From assembly GCA_963762325.1 (NCBI GenBank), contig CAVXKQ010000002.1, positions 39,979 through 103,978 of the forward strand: DNA of 64,000 nt, read 5' to 3'. Made by a program: the position numbers and the translations under genes. This DNA comes from an uncultured Solirubrobacterales bacterium. GTDB lineage: Bacteria > Actinomycetota > Thermoleophilia > Solirubrobacterales > 70-9. Of the stretch, positions 43,822 to 51,695 are shown piece after piece (position 1 is the stretch's first letter; each line of letters opens with the position of its first letter). The notes under the pieces were generated by a model that made no database searches, had not been told where the DNA came from, and saw only the letters and a list, made by a program, of their open reading frames with translations.

Positions 43822-45666
43822 TTGCTCCATATGGAGCTTGCGGTAACGGAGAACAAGGAGCAGCGGGGCAAGGGCCGGGTCGGCACGCTCGAGAACCCGG
43901 AGTCCTACGCCAACGTCCCCGGCCACATCATCCCGATCATCGAGCGTGAGTTCGACGACTTCGACAACGAAGCGGAGGAGTTCCTCGCCGAGCGCCTGCC
44001 GGAAGACCAGTTCATCGGCTTCCGGCTCAAACAGGGCGTCTACGGCCAGCGCCAGCCCGGCGTGCAGATGGTCCGCGTGAAGCTGCCCTGGGGCGGCGTC
44101 ACCCCCGACCAGATGGACGCCTTCGCCGACGTGGTGGAGAAGTACGCGCCCCTCAACAAGGGCCACATCACCACCCGCCAGAACATCCAGATCCACCACG
44201 TGCCGCTGCGCGACATGGAGTCGCTGATCCGCGAGATCTCCGCCACCGGCCTCTCCTCTCGCGAGGGCTGCGGCAACACCATGCGCAACGTCACCGGCGA
44301 CCCCTGGGCCGGCGTCGCCGCCGACGAGGTCTTCGACCCGACGCCCTACGCCGGCGCCTACGTCCGCTACTTCGTCCGCCACCCGACGACGCAGCTGATG
44401 CCGCGCAAGATCAAGACCTCCTTCACCGGTTCCGCCGAGGACCGGGCGATCAGCGGCATCCACGACATCGCCCTCCTCGCCCGCGAAAGGGACGGGGTCA
44501 AGGGGTTCGAGATCCGCGTCGGCGGCGGCACCTCGATCATGGCCCGGGTCGCGCCCACCCTCTACGAGTTCGTCGAGGCCGACAACGGCGACTACCTCAA
44601 GGTCACCGAGGCCTGCCTGCGGATCTTCGACCGCCAGGACTGGCTGCGCGTCAACCGCGCCCGCGCCCGGATCAAGGTCCTCATCGACAAGATCGGGATC
44701 GACGCCTTCCGCGAGCAGGTCGAGGAGGAGCTGCAGGGCGACTGGGTCGAGGAGCGCGTCTTCGACGACGTCGAGCGCCTGCGCTACGACGACGACGAGG
44801 AGGCCAAGGCGCCGCCGAAGCCGCCGCAGGCCGCCTCGCCCAACGGCGACCGGACCGAGTTCGAGCGCTTCCTCGAAGGCAACGTCCAGGCCCAGCGCCA
44901 GGAGGGCTTCTCCACGGTCGAGGTGAAGATCACCCGCGGCGATCTGACCCCGGAGCAGTTCCGCGGCCTAGCGGAGATCATGCGCGAGCACACCGGCGGC
45001 TACGCCCGCAGCACCGTGCAGCAGAACTTCGTCCTGCGCTGGGTCCGCGACGAGTCCCTCTACGACGTCTGGCAGAAGCTGGCCGCGCTCGACCTGGCTG
45101 AGGCCGGCGCCCGCGAGATCACCGACGTCGTCAGCTGCCCCGGCACCGACAGCTGCAAACTCGGAATCGCCAGCTCGATGGGCCTCAACCGGGCGGTCAA
45201 AGAGCGGGTCGAGGCGATGGACATCACCGATTCGCTGACGAAGAAGATCCACATCAAGATGAGCGGCTGCCCCAACGGCTGCAGCCAGCACCACATCGCC
45301 AACATCGGCTTCTACGGCGCCTCGCTGAAGGTCGGCGAGCGCCAGCTCCCGGCCTACATCCCGCACATCGGCGGTAACTACGAGGGCGGCGAGGTCATTT
45401 TCGGCACGCGCCTGAAGTCGCGGCTGCCGGCCAAACGGGTGCCGGAGGCGGTCGAGCGTTGGATCAAGCTCTATGAGTCCGAGCGCGAGGGGGGCGAGGA
45501 GTTCAACGCCTTCGCCGAGCGGACCGGGGCGGAGAGCTTCGAAGCGGCCGTCAAGGACCTGACGATGCCGATCGAGTTCAGCCTGGAGACGATGCAGCAG
45601 TTCATCGACTGGAACCGCTCCAGCCCGTACAAAGTCGAGCGCGGCGAGGGGGAGTGCGCGATCTAA
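43822..45666 (+). CDS. ferredoxin-type sulfite reductase (nitrite/sulfite reductase family)
   Basis: The siroheme / 4Fe-4S cysteine motifs are SCPGTDSCKLG and SGCPNGCSQHH. Alternative start at ATG 43831. Confidence 0.85.
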   Translation: MLHMELAVTENKEQRGKGRVGTLENPESYANVPGHIIPIIEREFDDFDNEAEEFLAERLPEDQFIGFRLKQGVYGQRQPGVQMVRVKLPWGGVTPDQMDAFADVVEKYAPLNKGHITTRQNIQIHHVPLRDMESLIREISATGLSSREGCGNTMRNVTGDPWAGVAADEVFDPTPYAGAYVRYFVRHPTTQLMPRKIKTSFTGSAEDRAISGIHDIALLARERDGVKGFEIRVGGGTSIMARVAPTLYEFVEADNGDYLKVTEACLRIFDRQDWLRVNRARARIKVLIDKIGIDAFREQVEEELQGDWVEERVFDDVERLRYDDDEEAKAPPKPPQAASPNGDRTEFERFLEGNVQAQRQEGFSTVEVKITRGDLTPEQFRGLAEIMREHTGGYARSTVQQNFVLRWVRDESLYDVWQKLAALDLAEAGAREITDVVSCPGTDSCKLGIASSMGLNRAVKERVEAMDITDSLTKKIHIKMSGCPNGCSQHHIANIGFYGASLKVGERQLPAYIPHIGGNYEGGEVIFGTRLKSRLPAKRVPEAVERWIKLYESEREGGEEFNAFAERTGAESFEAAVKDLTMPIEFSLETMQQFIDWNRSSPYKVERGEGECAI

Positions 45667-45682
45667 CTCGCGCCACAGAGCG

Positions 45683-46402
45683 ATGAAGCCACCGCCAGTC
45701 ACTCTCTCCGGCACCGTGCCGACAATCACCGACCTCGACCACGAGGCGATCGCCGACGAGCTCGAGGGCCGCACCGCGCAGCAGGCGCTGGAGTGGATGT
45801 TCGAGACCTTCGGGCCCGACCACTACGTCGCCTGCTCGTTCCAGAAAACGAGCTCGGTGACCGCGCATATGGCGAGCCAGCTCAACCCCGAGGCGCGCTT
45901 CTTCTACCTCGACACCGACGTCCTCTTCCCGGAGACCTACGAGACCCGCGACCGGCTGGCCGAGACACTGGGGATCGAGTTCGATCGCTTCCACAATCTG
46001 ACCCTCGCCGAGCAGGCCGCCGAGTACGGCGACGAGCTCTGGAAGAGCGACCCCGATAGCTGCTGTGGCCTGCGCAAGGTGGAGCCGATGCGGCGGGCGC
46101 TTTCTTCCGTAGACTGCTGGGTCGCCGGCGTTCGGCGCGGAGATTCCAGCAGTCGTTCCAAGACGCCGAAGTTCGGCTGGGACAAGAAATTCAACCTCTG
46201 GAAGCTGAACCCGCTCGCGGACTGGTCCGAGCGCGACATCTGGAACTACATCCGTGAGCACCATCTCCCTTACAACCCCCTCCACGATCACGGCTACCCG
46301 TCGATCGGCTGCACCCACTGCACGCAGCCGGTCGGGCCCGGCGGCTCGCCCCGGGACGGCCGCTGGGCGGGCGTCGCAAAGACGGAGTGCGGGATCAACT
46401 AG
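45683..46402 (+). CDS. cysH: adenylyl-sulfate (APS)/PAPS reductase, Fe-S type
   Basis: SFQKTSSV, DSCCGLRKVEP, IGCTHCT (the CC...CxxC cluster cysteines of APS-type enzymes), and a C-terminal ECGIN. Confidence 0.85.
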   Translation: MKPPPVTLSGTVPTITDLDHEAIADELEGRTAQQALEWMFETFGPDHYVACSFQKTSSVTAHMASQLNPEARFFYLDTDVLFPETYETRDRLAETLGIEFDRFHNLTLAEQAAEYGDELWKSDPDSCCGLRKVEPMRRALSSVDCWVAGVRRGDSSSRSKTPKFGWDKKFNLWKLNPLADWSERDIWNYIREHHLPYNPLHDHGYPSIGCTHCTQPVGPGGSPRDGRWAGVAKTECGIN

Positions 46403-46484
46403 CGGCTGGGCGGAAGCACTGGAAGCGACCGCGCCCGTCGGCCGTTCATACCGGTGATCGTCCAATGTTGAAGACCCAGCGCTG

Positions 46485-47414
46485 ATGGAGGAGACCACCA
46501 CCGTGCGGACGGCCGCGATCGAGCTGTCGGACCTCGACACCCTCGAGGCCGAGTCGATCCACATCATCCGCGAAGTCGCGGCTGAATTCGAGCACCCGGT
46601 GATGCTCTTCTCGGGCGGCAAGGACTCGGTGCTGATGCTGCACCTGGCGCGCAAGGCGTTCGCGCCGGCGCCGGTCCCGTTCCCGATCATGCACGTCGAC
46701 ACCGGGCACAACTTCCCCGAGGTGATCGAGTTCCGCGACCGCACGGTGGCCGAGCTGGGACTGCGGCTGGAGGTGGCCTCGGTGCAGGAGCAGATCGACG
46801 CCGGCCGGATCAAGGTCGGCCACCCGCTGGAAAGCCGCAACCGCCACCAGACCGTCTCGCTGCTGGAGGGGATCAAGAACGGCGGCTTCGACGCGGTCTT
46901 CGGCGGCGGTCGCCGCGACGAGGACAAGGCGCGGGCGAAGGAGCGGGTGCTCTCCTTCCGCGACCGCTTCGGGCAGTGGGACCCGAAGAACCAGCGCCCG
47001 GAGCTGTGGCGCCTCTACAACGGCCGCCACCAGAAGGGCGAGCACATCCGCGTCTTCCCGATCTCCGACTGGACCGAGCTCGACGTCTGGCGCTACCTGG
47101 CGCGCGAGCAGGTCGACCTGCCGTCGATCTACTTCGCCCACGAGCGCGAGGTGGTCGAGGTCGAGGGGTTGCTGATGGCCGTCAACGAGTTCTTCCCCCT
47201 GCCCGAGGGGGCCGAGGTGGCGCGGCAGATGGTCCGCTACCGGACCGTCGGCGACGCGACCAGCACCGGCGCTGTCGAGTCCACCGCGACCGACTACGAG
47301 GCCGTGATCGCCGAGACCGCGATCTCGCGGATCACCGAGCGCGGCGCCACCCGCGGCGACGACCGCTTCTCCGAAGCGGCGATGGAGGATCGCAAGAAGG
47401 AGGGCTACTTCTAG
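46485..47414 (+). CDS. cysD: sulfate adenylyltransferase subunit 2
   Basis: ESIHIIREVAAEFEHPVMLFSGGKDSVLMLHLARKAF... and ...FPISDWTELDVWRY. Confidence 0.9.
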   Translation: MEETTTVRTAAIELSDLDTLEAESIHIIREVAAEFEHPVMLFSGGKDSVLMLHLARKAFAPAPVPFPIMHVDTGHNFPEVIEFRDRTVAELGLRLEVASVQEQIDAGRIKVGHPLESRNRHQTVSLLEGIKNGGFDAVFGGGRRDEDKARAKERVLSFRDRFGQWDPKNQRPELWRLYNGRHQKGEHIRVFPISDWTELDVWRYLAREQVDLPSIYFAHEREVVEVEGLLMAVNEFFPLPEGAEVARQMVRYRTVGDATSTGAVESTATDYEAVIAETAISRITERGATRGDDRFSEAAMEDRKKEGYF

Positions 47415-47575
47415 TGGCTCCTCCAGCGAGTCCCGTCACCGATTCGGCGGCTGCAAATCTTCGCCGGCCTTTGTCCTCGGTCGGCCAAATACCAACCGGT
47501 ATTAGGCCTCCCTGCGTCCGCGGCCAGCTCGATTTTCGCTCGCCGAATCGGCAACGGGATCACTGGAGGAGCCAC
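47414..47575 (+). ncRNA. large structured element filling the cysD-cysN junction (MITE-like or cis-regulatory RNA)
   Basis: The 36-nt arm 47414..47449 pairs with the 35-nt arm 47541..47575, with 13 perfect bp at the base and ~32 pairs overall. A central hairpin lies at 47483..47508. The right arm contains the cysN SD GGAGGAG. Confidence 0.6.
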
Positions 47576-47577
47576 TC

Positions 47578-49440
47578 GTGAACCAGCTGCTGCGGATCGC
47601 CACCGCCGGCTCAGTCGACGACGGCAAGTCGACCCTGATCGGGCGCCTCCTGCACGACACCAAATCGATCTTCGAAGACCAGCTGAGCGCGATCGAGCAG
47701 ACCTCGGTCAAGCGCGGCGACGAGCAGACCGACCTGGCGCTGCTGACGGACGGCCTGCGGGCCGAGCGCGAGCAGGGGATCACGATCGACGTCGCCCACC
47801 GCTACTTCGCCACTCCCAAGCGCAAGTTCGTGATCGCCGACACCCCCGGTCACATCCAGTACACGCGCAACATGGTCACCGGCGCCTCGACGGCCAGCCT
47901 GGCGCTGCTGCTGGTCGATGCCCGCAAAGGCGTGCTCGAACAGACCCGCCGCCACGCCCTCCTCTCCTCGCTGCTGCGGGTGCCCCACCTGGTCCTCTGC
48001 GTGAACAAAATGGACCTCGTCGACTACGACCAGGAGGTCTACGAGGAAATCCGCCACGACTTCACCACCTTCGCCGCCAAGCTCGAGATCACCGATCTCG
48101 ATTTCGTCCCGATCTCGGCTCTGGAGGGCGACAACGTGGTCGAGCGCTCGGCCAACATGCCCTGGTTCGACGGGCAGCCGCTGCTGGGCCAGCTCGAGGA
48201 CGTCCACATCGCCTCCGATCGCAACCTGGTCGACAACCGCTTTCCCGTGCAGTACGTGATCCGCCCGCAGTCCTCCGAGCACCGCGACTACCGCGGCTTC
48301 TCCGGCTCGGTCGTCGGCGGCATCTTCAAGCAGGGCGACGAGGTGATGGCCCTGCCCTCGCGCAGGACCTCGACGATCGCCCAGATCGACACCCCCGACG
48401 GCGCCGTCGAGCAGGCCTTCCCGCCGATGGCGGTGACGATGCTGCTCGACGACGACCTCGACATCTCCCGCGGCGACATGATCTGCCGGCCCTCCAACCA
48501 GCCGACCGCCAACAGCCGTTTCGAGGCGATGATCTGCTGGTTCGACGAGACCTCCTCGCTGCGCACCGGGGCGCCGTACCAGCTCAAGCACACGACCCGC
48601 TGGATCGCCGCCGAAGTCGAGACGCTGCGCTACGAGCTCAACGTCGACACCCTGCACCGCGACCTCGGGGCGGAGACGCTCGAGGTCAACGACATCGGCC
48701 GGGTCTCGATCCACGCCACCTCGCCGCTCTTCTTCGACGAGTACCGACTCAACCGCACCACCGGCAGCTTCATCCTCGTCGACCCGGCGACGAACCTCAC
48801 CGTGGCGGCGGGGATGATCATCGGCGCCGGCGGCGAGCCGGCGGCCGTCGCCACCGAGTCGGTCGTCGCCGAGAACATCACCTTCCACCCCAGCAGCCTC
48901 TCCCGCGAGGAACGCCGCGAGGCCCTGGGGACGACCGGCGCGACGATCTGGATGACCGGCCTCTCCGGCTCCGGCAAGTCGACGATCGCCGCCGCGCTCG
49001 AGCACACCCTGGTCAGCGGCGGCCGCAACGCCTACATGCTCGACGGCGACAACCTCCGCCACGGGCTCAACGCCGACCTCGGTTTCAGCGAGGAGGACCG
49101 GGCCGAGAACGTGCGCCGGGTCGGGGAGGTCTCGAAGCTGTTGGCCGAATCCGGCGTGGTCGCGATCGCCTCCCTGGTCAGCCCGTTCCGGGATGCGCGC
49201 GACAAGGTCCGCGCCGCCCATGAGGCAGCCGGCATTCCCTTCTACGAGGTCTTCGTCGACACGCCGCTGGAGGAGTGCGAACGGCGCGACCCGAAGGGGC
49301 TCTACGCGAAGGCGCGGGCAGGCGAGATCACCGACCTGACCGGGGTTGGGAGCCCTTACGAGGCGCCGGAGCGCCCGGAGTTGACGACGGATCCGGATCT
49401 GGAGAGCGCTGTGCGCCAGGTCCTCGCTCTGCTGGGCTAG
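47578..49440 (+). CDS. cysNC: bifunctional sulfate adenylyltransferase subunit 1 / adenylylsulfate kinase
   Basis: GTPase motifs GSVDDGKST, DTPGH and NKMD. The C-terminal APS-kinase P-loop is GLSGSGKST. GTG start. Confidence 0.9.
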   Translation: MNQLLRIATAGSVDDGKSTLIGRLLHDTKSIFEDQLSAIEQTSVKRGDEQTDLALLTDGLRAEREQGITIDVAHRYFATPKRKFVIADTPGHIQYTRNMVTGASTASLALLLVDARKGVLEQTRRHALLSSLLRVPHLVLCVNKMDLVDYDQEVYEEIRHDFTTFAAKLEITDLDFVPISALEGDNVVERSANMPWFDGQPLLGQLEDVHIASDRNLVDNRFPVQYVIRPQSSEHRDYRGFSGSVVGGIFKQGDEVMALPSRRTSTIAQIDTPDGAVEQAFPPMAVTMLLDDDLDISRGDMICRPSNQPTANSRFEAMICWFDETSSLRTGAPYQLKHTTRWIAAEVETLRYELNVDTLHRDLGAETLEVNDIGRVSIHATSPLFFDEYRLNRTTGSFILVDPATNLTVAAGMIIGAGGEPAAVATESVVAENITFHPSSLSREERREALGTTGATIWMTGLSGSGKSTIAAALEHTLVSGGRNAYMLDGDNLRHGLNADLGFSEEDRAENVRRVGEVSKLLAESGVVAIASLVSPFRDARDKVRAAHEAAGIPFYEVFVDTPLEECERRDPKGLYAKARAGEITDLTGVGSPYEAPERPELTTDPDLESAVRQVLALLG

Positions 49441-49760
49441 GGCTTGCGAACGATTACCGTGCGGCCGTCGGAGAGTTGGTAGACCGTCCCGATCGGCTCG
49501 CCTCGGCCGACGACTTTCTCGTTCGGCTTCAGCTCCACCTCTTTGATCTTTTGGTCTTTGTCGGCGACGACCGCATCGGCCGGCCGCGTCTTCTCGGTGC
49601 TCGCCTTGCCGGTGATCGCCTCGGTGAGGTCGAGGGAGGAGAGGGCGGCGAGGAGGAAGGCGACGGAGAGGACGATGCCGAGGTCGAAGAGGTTGACGAG
49701 GCCGTCGAGCGGGTCGCCGGCGCGGTCGTCGCGGCTGCGGGCGCGCGGGGTGACCTTCAT
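49437..49760 (-). CDS. ExbD/TolR-like small membrane protein (DUF2149-like)
   Basis: 107 aa with a single TM carrying an embedded Asp (GLVNLFDLGIVLSVAFLLAAL). Its ATG overlaps the ExbB-like stop (ATGA). The family name is recalled, not searched. Confidence 0.55.
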   Translation of the reverse strand: MKVTPRARSRDDRAGDPLDGLVNLFDLGIVLSVAFLLAALSSLDLTEAITGKASTEKTRPADAVVADKDQKIKEVELKPNEKVVGRGEPIGTVYQLSDGRTVIVRKP

Positions 49761-50416
49761 GGCGCGACCGCCCAGTGGCTGTGGGGGAGCGGGTGGCCGT
49801 TGCCCGCGGGGGCGGTGAGGCTGGCGGCGACGTACTCGACGTCGGAGTAGTCCTGGGCGTAGAGGCGGTCGCGGACGAGGGAGATCGCGAAGGCGAAAGC
49901 GCCGATCATCAGGCCTGCGACGGTGACGCTGAAGGCGACCCGGAGGTTCTCGGTCAGGGTGGCGACGTCGCCGTCGGCGAGGCCGGCGAGGGCCGGGGAG
50001 AGCGGGATCAGGGTGCCCATCAGGCCCAGGGCCGGGCCCATGCGGACGAGGATTCGGGTGCGCTCGAGGCGGCGCAGCGAGAGGTAGTCGTACTCGGCCA
50101 GGCGCTTGGCGAGCCGGGCCTCGGAGTGGGGTCGAGCGCATTGCTCGACGATGCCGGCGAGCGCGTCCTCCATCTGCCGGTTCCAGGCGAAGGGCAGCAG
50201 CGCCGCCAGCGCCTCGTCGGGCATCCCGGCGGCAAGCCGGCCGCGGCACTCCTCGACCGCGCGCTCCAGGCCCCAGAGGCTGCGCTGGCGACGGCGGCGC
50301 ACCTCCACCAGCAGCGAGCCGGCTTCGACGACGACGATCGCCAGTGCCGCCACGGTGAGGACCAGGACCGGCACCAGCAGCGCCTCGGAGACGTCGAACA
50401 GCAGCTGCTCGATCAC
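49757..50416 (-). CDS. MotA/TolQ/ExbB proton-channel family protein
   Basis: 219 aa. It has an N-terminal TM and a C-terminal RMGPALGLMGTLIPLSPALAGL...NLRVAFSVTVAGLMIGAFAFAI, the conserved ExbB/TolQ helix pair. Confidence 0.75.
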   Translation of the reverse strand: MIEQLLFDVSEALLVPVLVLTVAALAIVVVEAGSLLVEVRRRRQRSLWGLERAVEECRGRLAAGMPDEALAALLPFAWNRQMEDALAGIVEQCARPHSEARLAKRLAEYDYLSLRRLERTRILVRMGPALGLMGTLIPLSPALAGLADGDVATLTENLRVAFSVTVAGLMIGAFAFAISLVRDRLYAQDYSDVEYVAASLTAPAGNGHPLPHSHWAVAP

Positions 50417-50435
50417 GACGCCGACTCTCCAGGCG

Positions 50436-50462
50436 CTTTTGTAGCCCAGAGGGCGACAAAAG
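50436..50462. repeat. REP-like palindromic element, copy 5 (short)
   Basis: CTTTTGTAGCCC-AGA-GGGCGACAAAAG. It lies between the PKD-protein stop and the exbB-like start. Confidence 0.65.
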
Positions 50463-50474
50463 TAGTCCGGCCTC

Positions 50475-51695
50475 TCATCGGAGCAGGTTCCTGGTCTCGA
50501 TCAGGGCACCGGCTCCGAACAGGCCGAGGGTGGCGAGCAGGCCCCAGGCGGCGCCGGGGATGCCGCTGCCGTCGCCGTCGCCCTCGAGCTGTCCGCTGCG
50601 CGCCCCAGCCTGCTTCGGCTTCGCGGAGGGCGGAGTGTCGACAGTGGCGCTGACGAGTTCGCCGACCACGCGCTCACCGGTGGCGGATCCCTGCTCGGCC
50701 TGAGGGGTGGGGCGATCGGCTGTGCCCCGTCGGACACACCGCCTGCGGCCGTGTTGAGTGTCCGACGGGGCACAGCCGATCGCCCTCTCGGCTGGGTCGA
50801 GAGGGTTGGGATCTGGGGCATCGCCGCCTCCTGCCCCGGGCGGACCGGCGGCACCGTGGTTGGGGGCAGTGGCGCTGACGTCGCGGCCGCCTCCCTTACG
50901 GTCTGGGCCAGCAATCGGCGCTCCGACCTGGATCGTCACCACGGCTGAAGCGCCGGTGTCGTCGCCTTCGCTGGTGACGCCGACGACGACGTCGTAGCTG
51001 CCGCGCTCGGCGAAGCTGTGAGTTGCTTCCGGGCTGGTGGTGGAGGCGCCGTCGTCGAAGTACCAGGAGTAGGTGAGCTGCTCGCCGGCTCCGGCTCCCT
51101 CGACGATCACGCTGAAGTTGACCGGTTTGCCGGGGCGGGTTCGCAGGGCTGAGGCTCGGGCCCGCACCTGCAGGCGCGAGCCCTTGTGGAGGACGATGGC
51201 GATGCCCTGCGGGGCCTCGAAGCTGTCCTCGGCGTTGAGGTCTTCCGGGCCCGCGCTGGGTCGCAGGAAGCCGGTGGCGGTGGCGGTCGCGTAGACGAGT
51301 GGCGAGCCTGCGGCGAAGGCGTCCGGGTCGAGTGCCTGGTGGCGGCTCAGCGATACCGCGCCGCCTGCCGGGCGCTGGACCTCGAGATAGGAGAAGCCAT
51401 AGGGGTCGGCGCCGGCTGCGTCGAGAATCGCCGCCAGGGAGAAGCCGCTGACCGTCGCGGTGCTCTCGCCGCTGGAGGAGCGCAGCACGTAGGAGCCGCT
51501 GGCGTCCTCCGAGCCGGCCAACGCGGCGAGGGCAAGCGCCTGCTGGGCGCCTCCGGGGGAGACCACCGTCACCTGGGCGGCGTCGGCGCGGGCGGCGGTC
51601 GCCCAGGGCGCGGCCAGCGACGCCAGGACCGCCAGCGCGGAGGCGGCGGCGAGCGCCGTGATCAGCCCGCGGTCGTGAAGGAGACCGTGGCGCAT
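50475..51695 (-). CDS. secreted PKD-domain protein with Pro/Gly-rich linker and C-terminal membrane anchor
   Basis: Signal peptide LITALAAASALAVLASLAAPWATAARA. The PKD pattern is VNFSV...YSWYFDDGAS..ATHSFAERGSYDVVVGVT. The C-terminus is GIPGAAWGLLATLGLFGAGALIETRNLLR. Confidence 0.65.
   Translation of the reverse strand: MRHGLLHDRGLITALAAASALAVLASLAAPWATAARADAAQVTVVSPGGAQQALALAALAGSEDASGSYVLRSSSGESTATVSGFSLAAILDAAGADPYGFSYLEVQRPAGGAVSLSRHQALDPDAFAAGSPLVYATATATGFLRPSAGPEDLNAEDSFEAPQGIAIVLHKGSRLQVRARASALRTRPGKPVNFSVIVEGAGAGEQLTYSWYFDDGASTTSPEATHSFAERGSYDVVVGVTSEGDDTGASAVVTIQVGAPIAGPDRKGGGRDVSATAPNHGAAGPPGAGGGDAPDPNPLDPAERAIGCAPSDTQHGRRRCVRRGTADRPTPQAEQGSATGERVVGELVSATVDTPPSAKPKQAGARSGQLEGDGDGSGIPGAAWGLLATLGLFGAGALIETRNLLR
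50710..50785. repeat. perfect 28-bp inverted repeat inside the PKD-protein coding region
   Basis: The arm GGGCGATCGGCTGTGCCCCGTCGGACAC (50710..50737) pairs with GTGTCCGACGGGGCACAGCCGATCGCCC (50758..50785). The loop is 20 nt. Confidence 0.85.

Noticed and set aside
26959-50462. Whether the REP-like copies could be a CRISPR array or composite-transposon ends.
   Set aside because: The copies are dispersed kilobases apart, not arrayed with regular spacers, and each is itself palindromic. No cas, transposase or RAYT gene is present in the window. I report them as REP-like repeats only.
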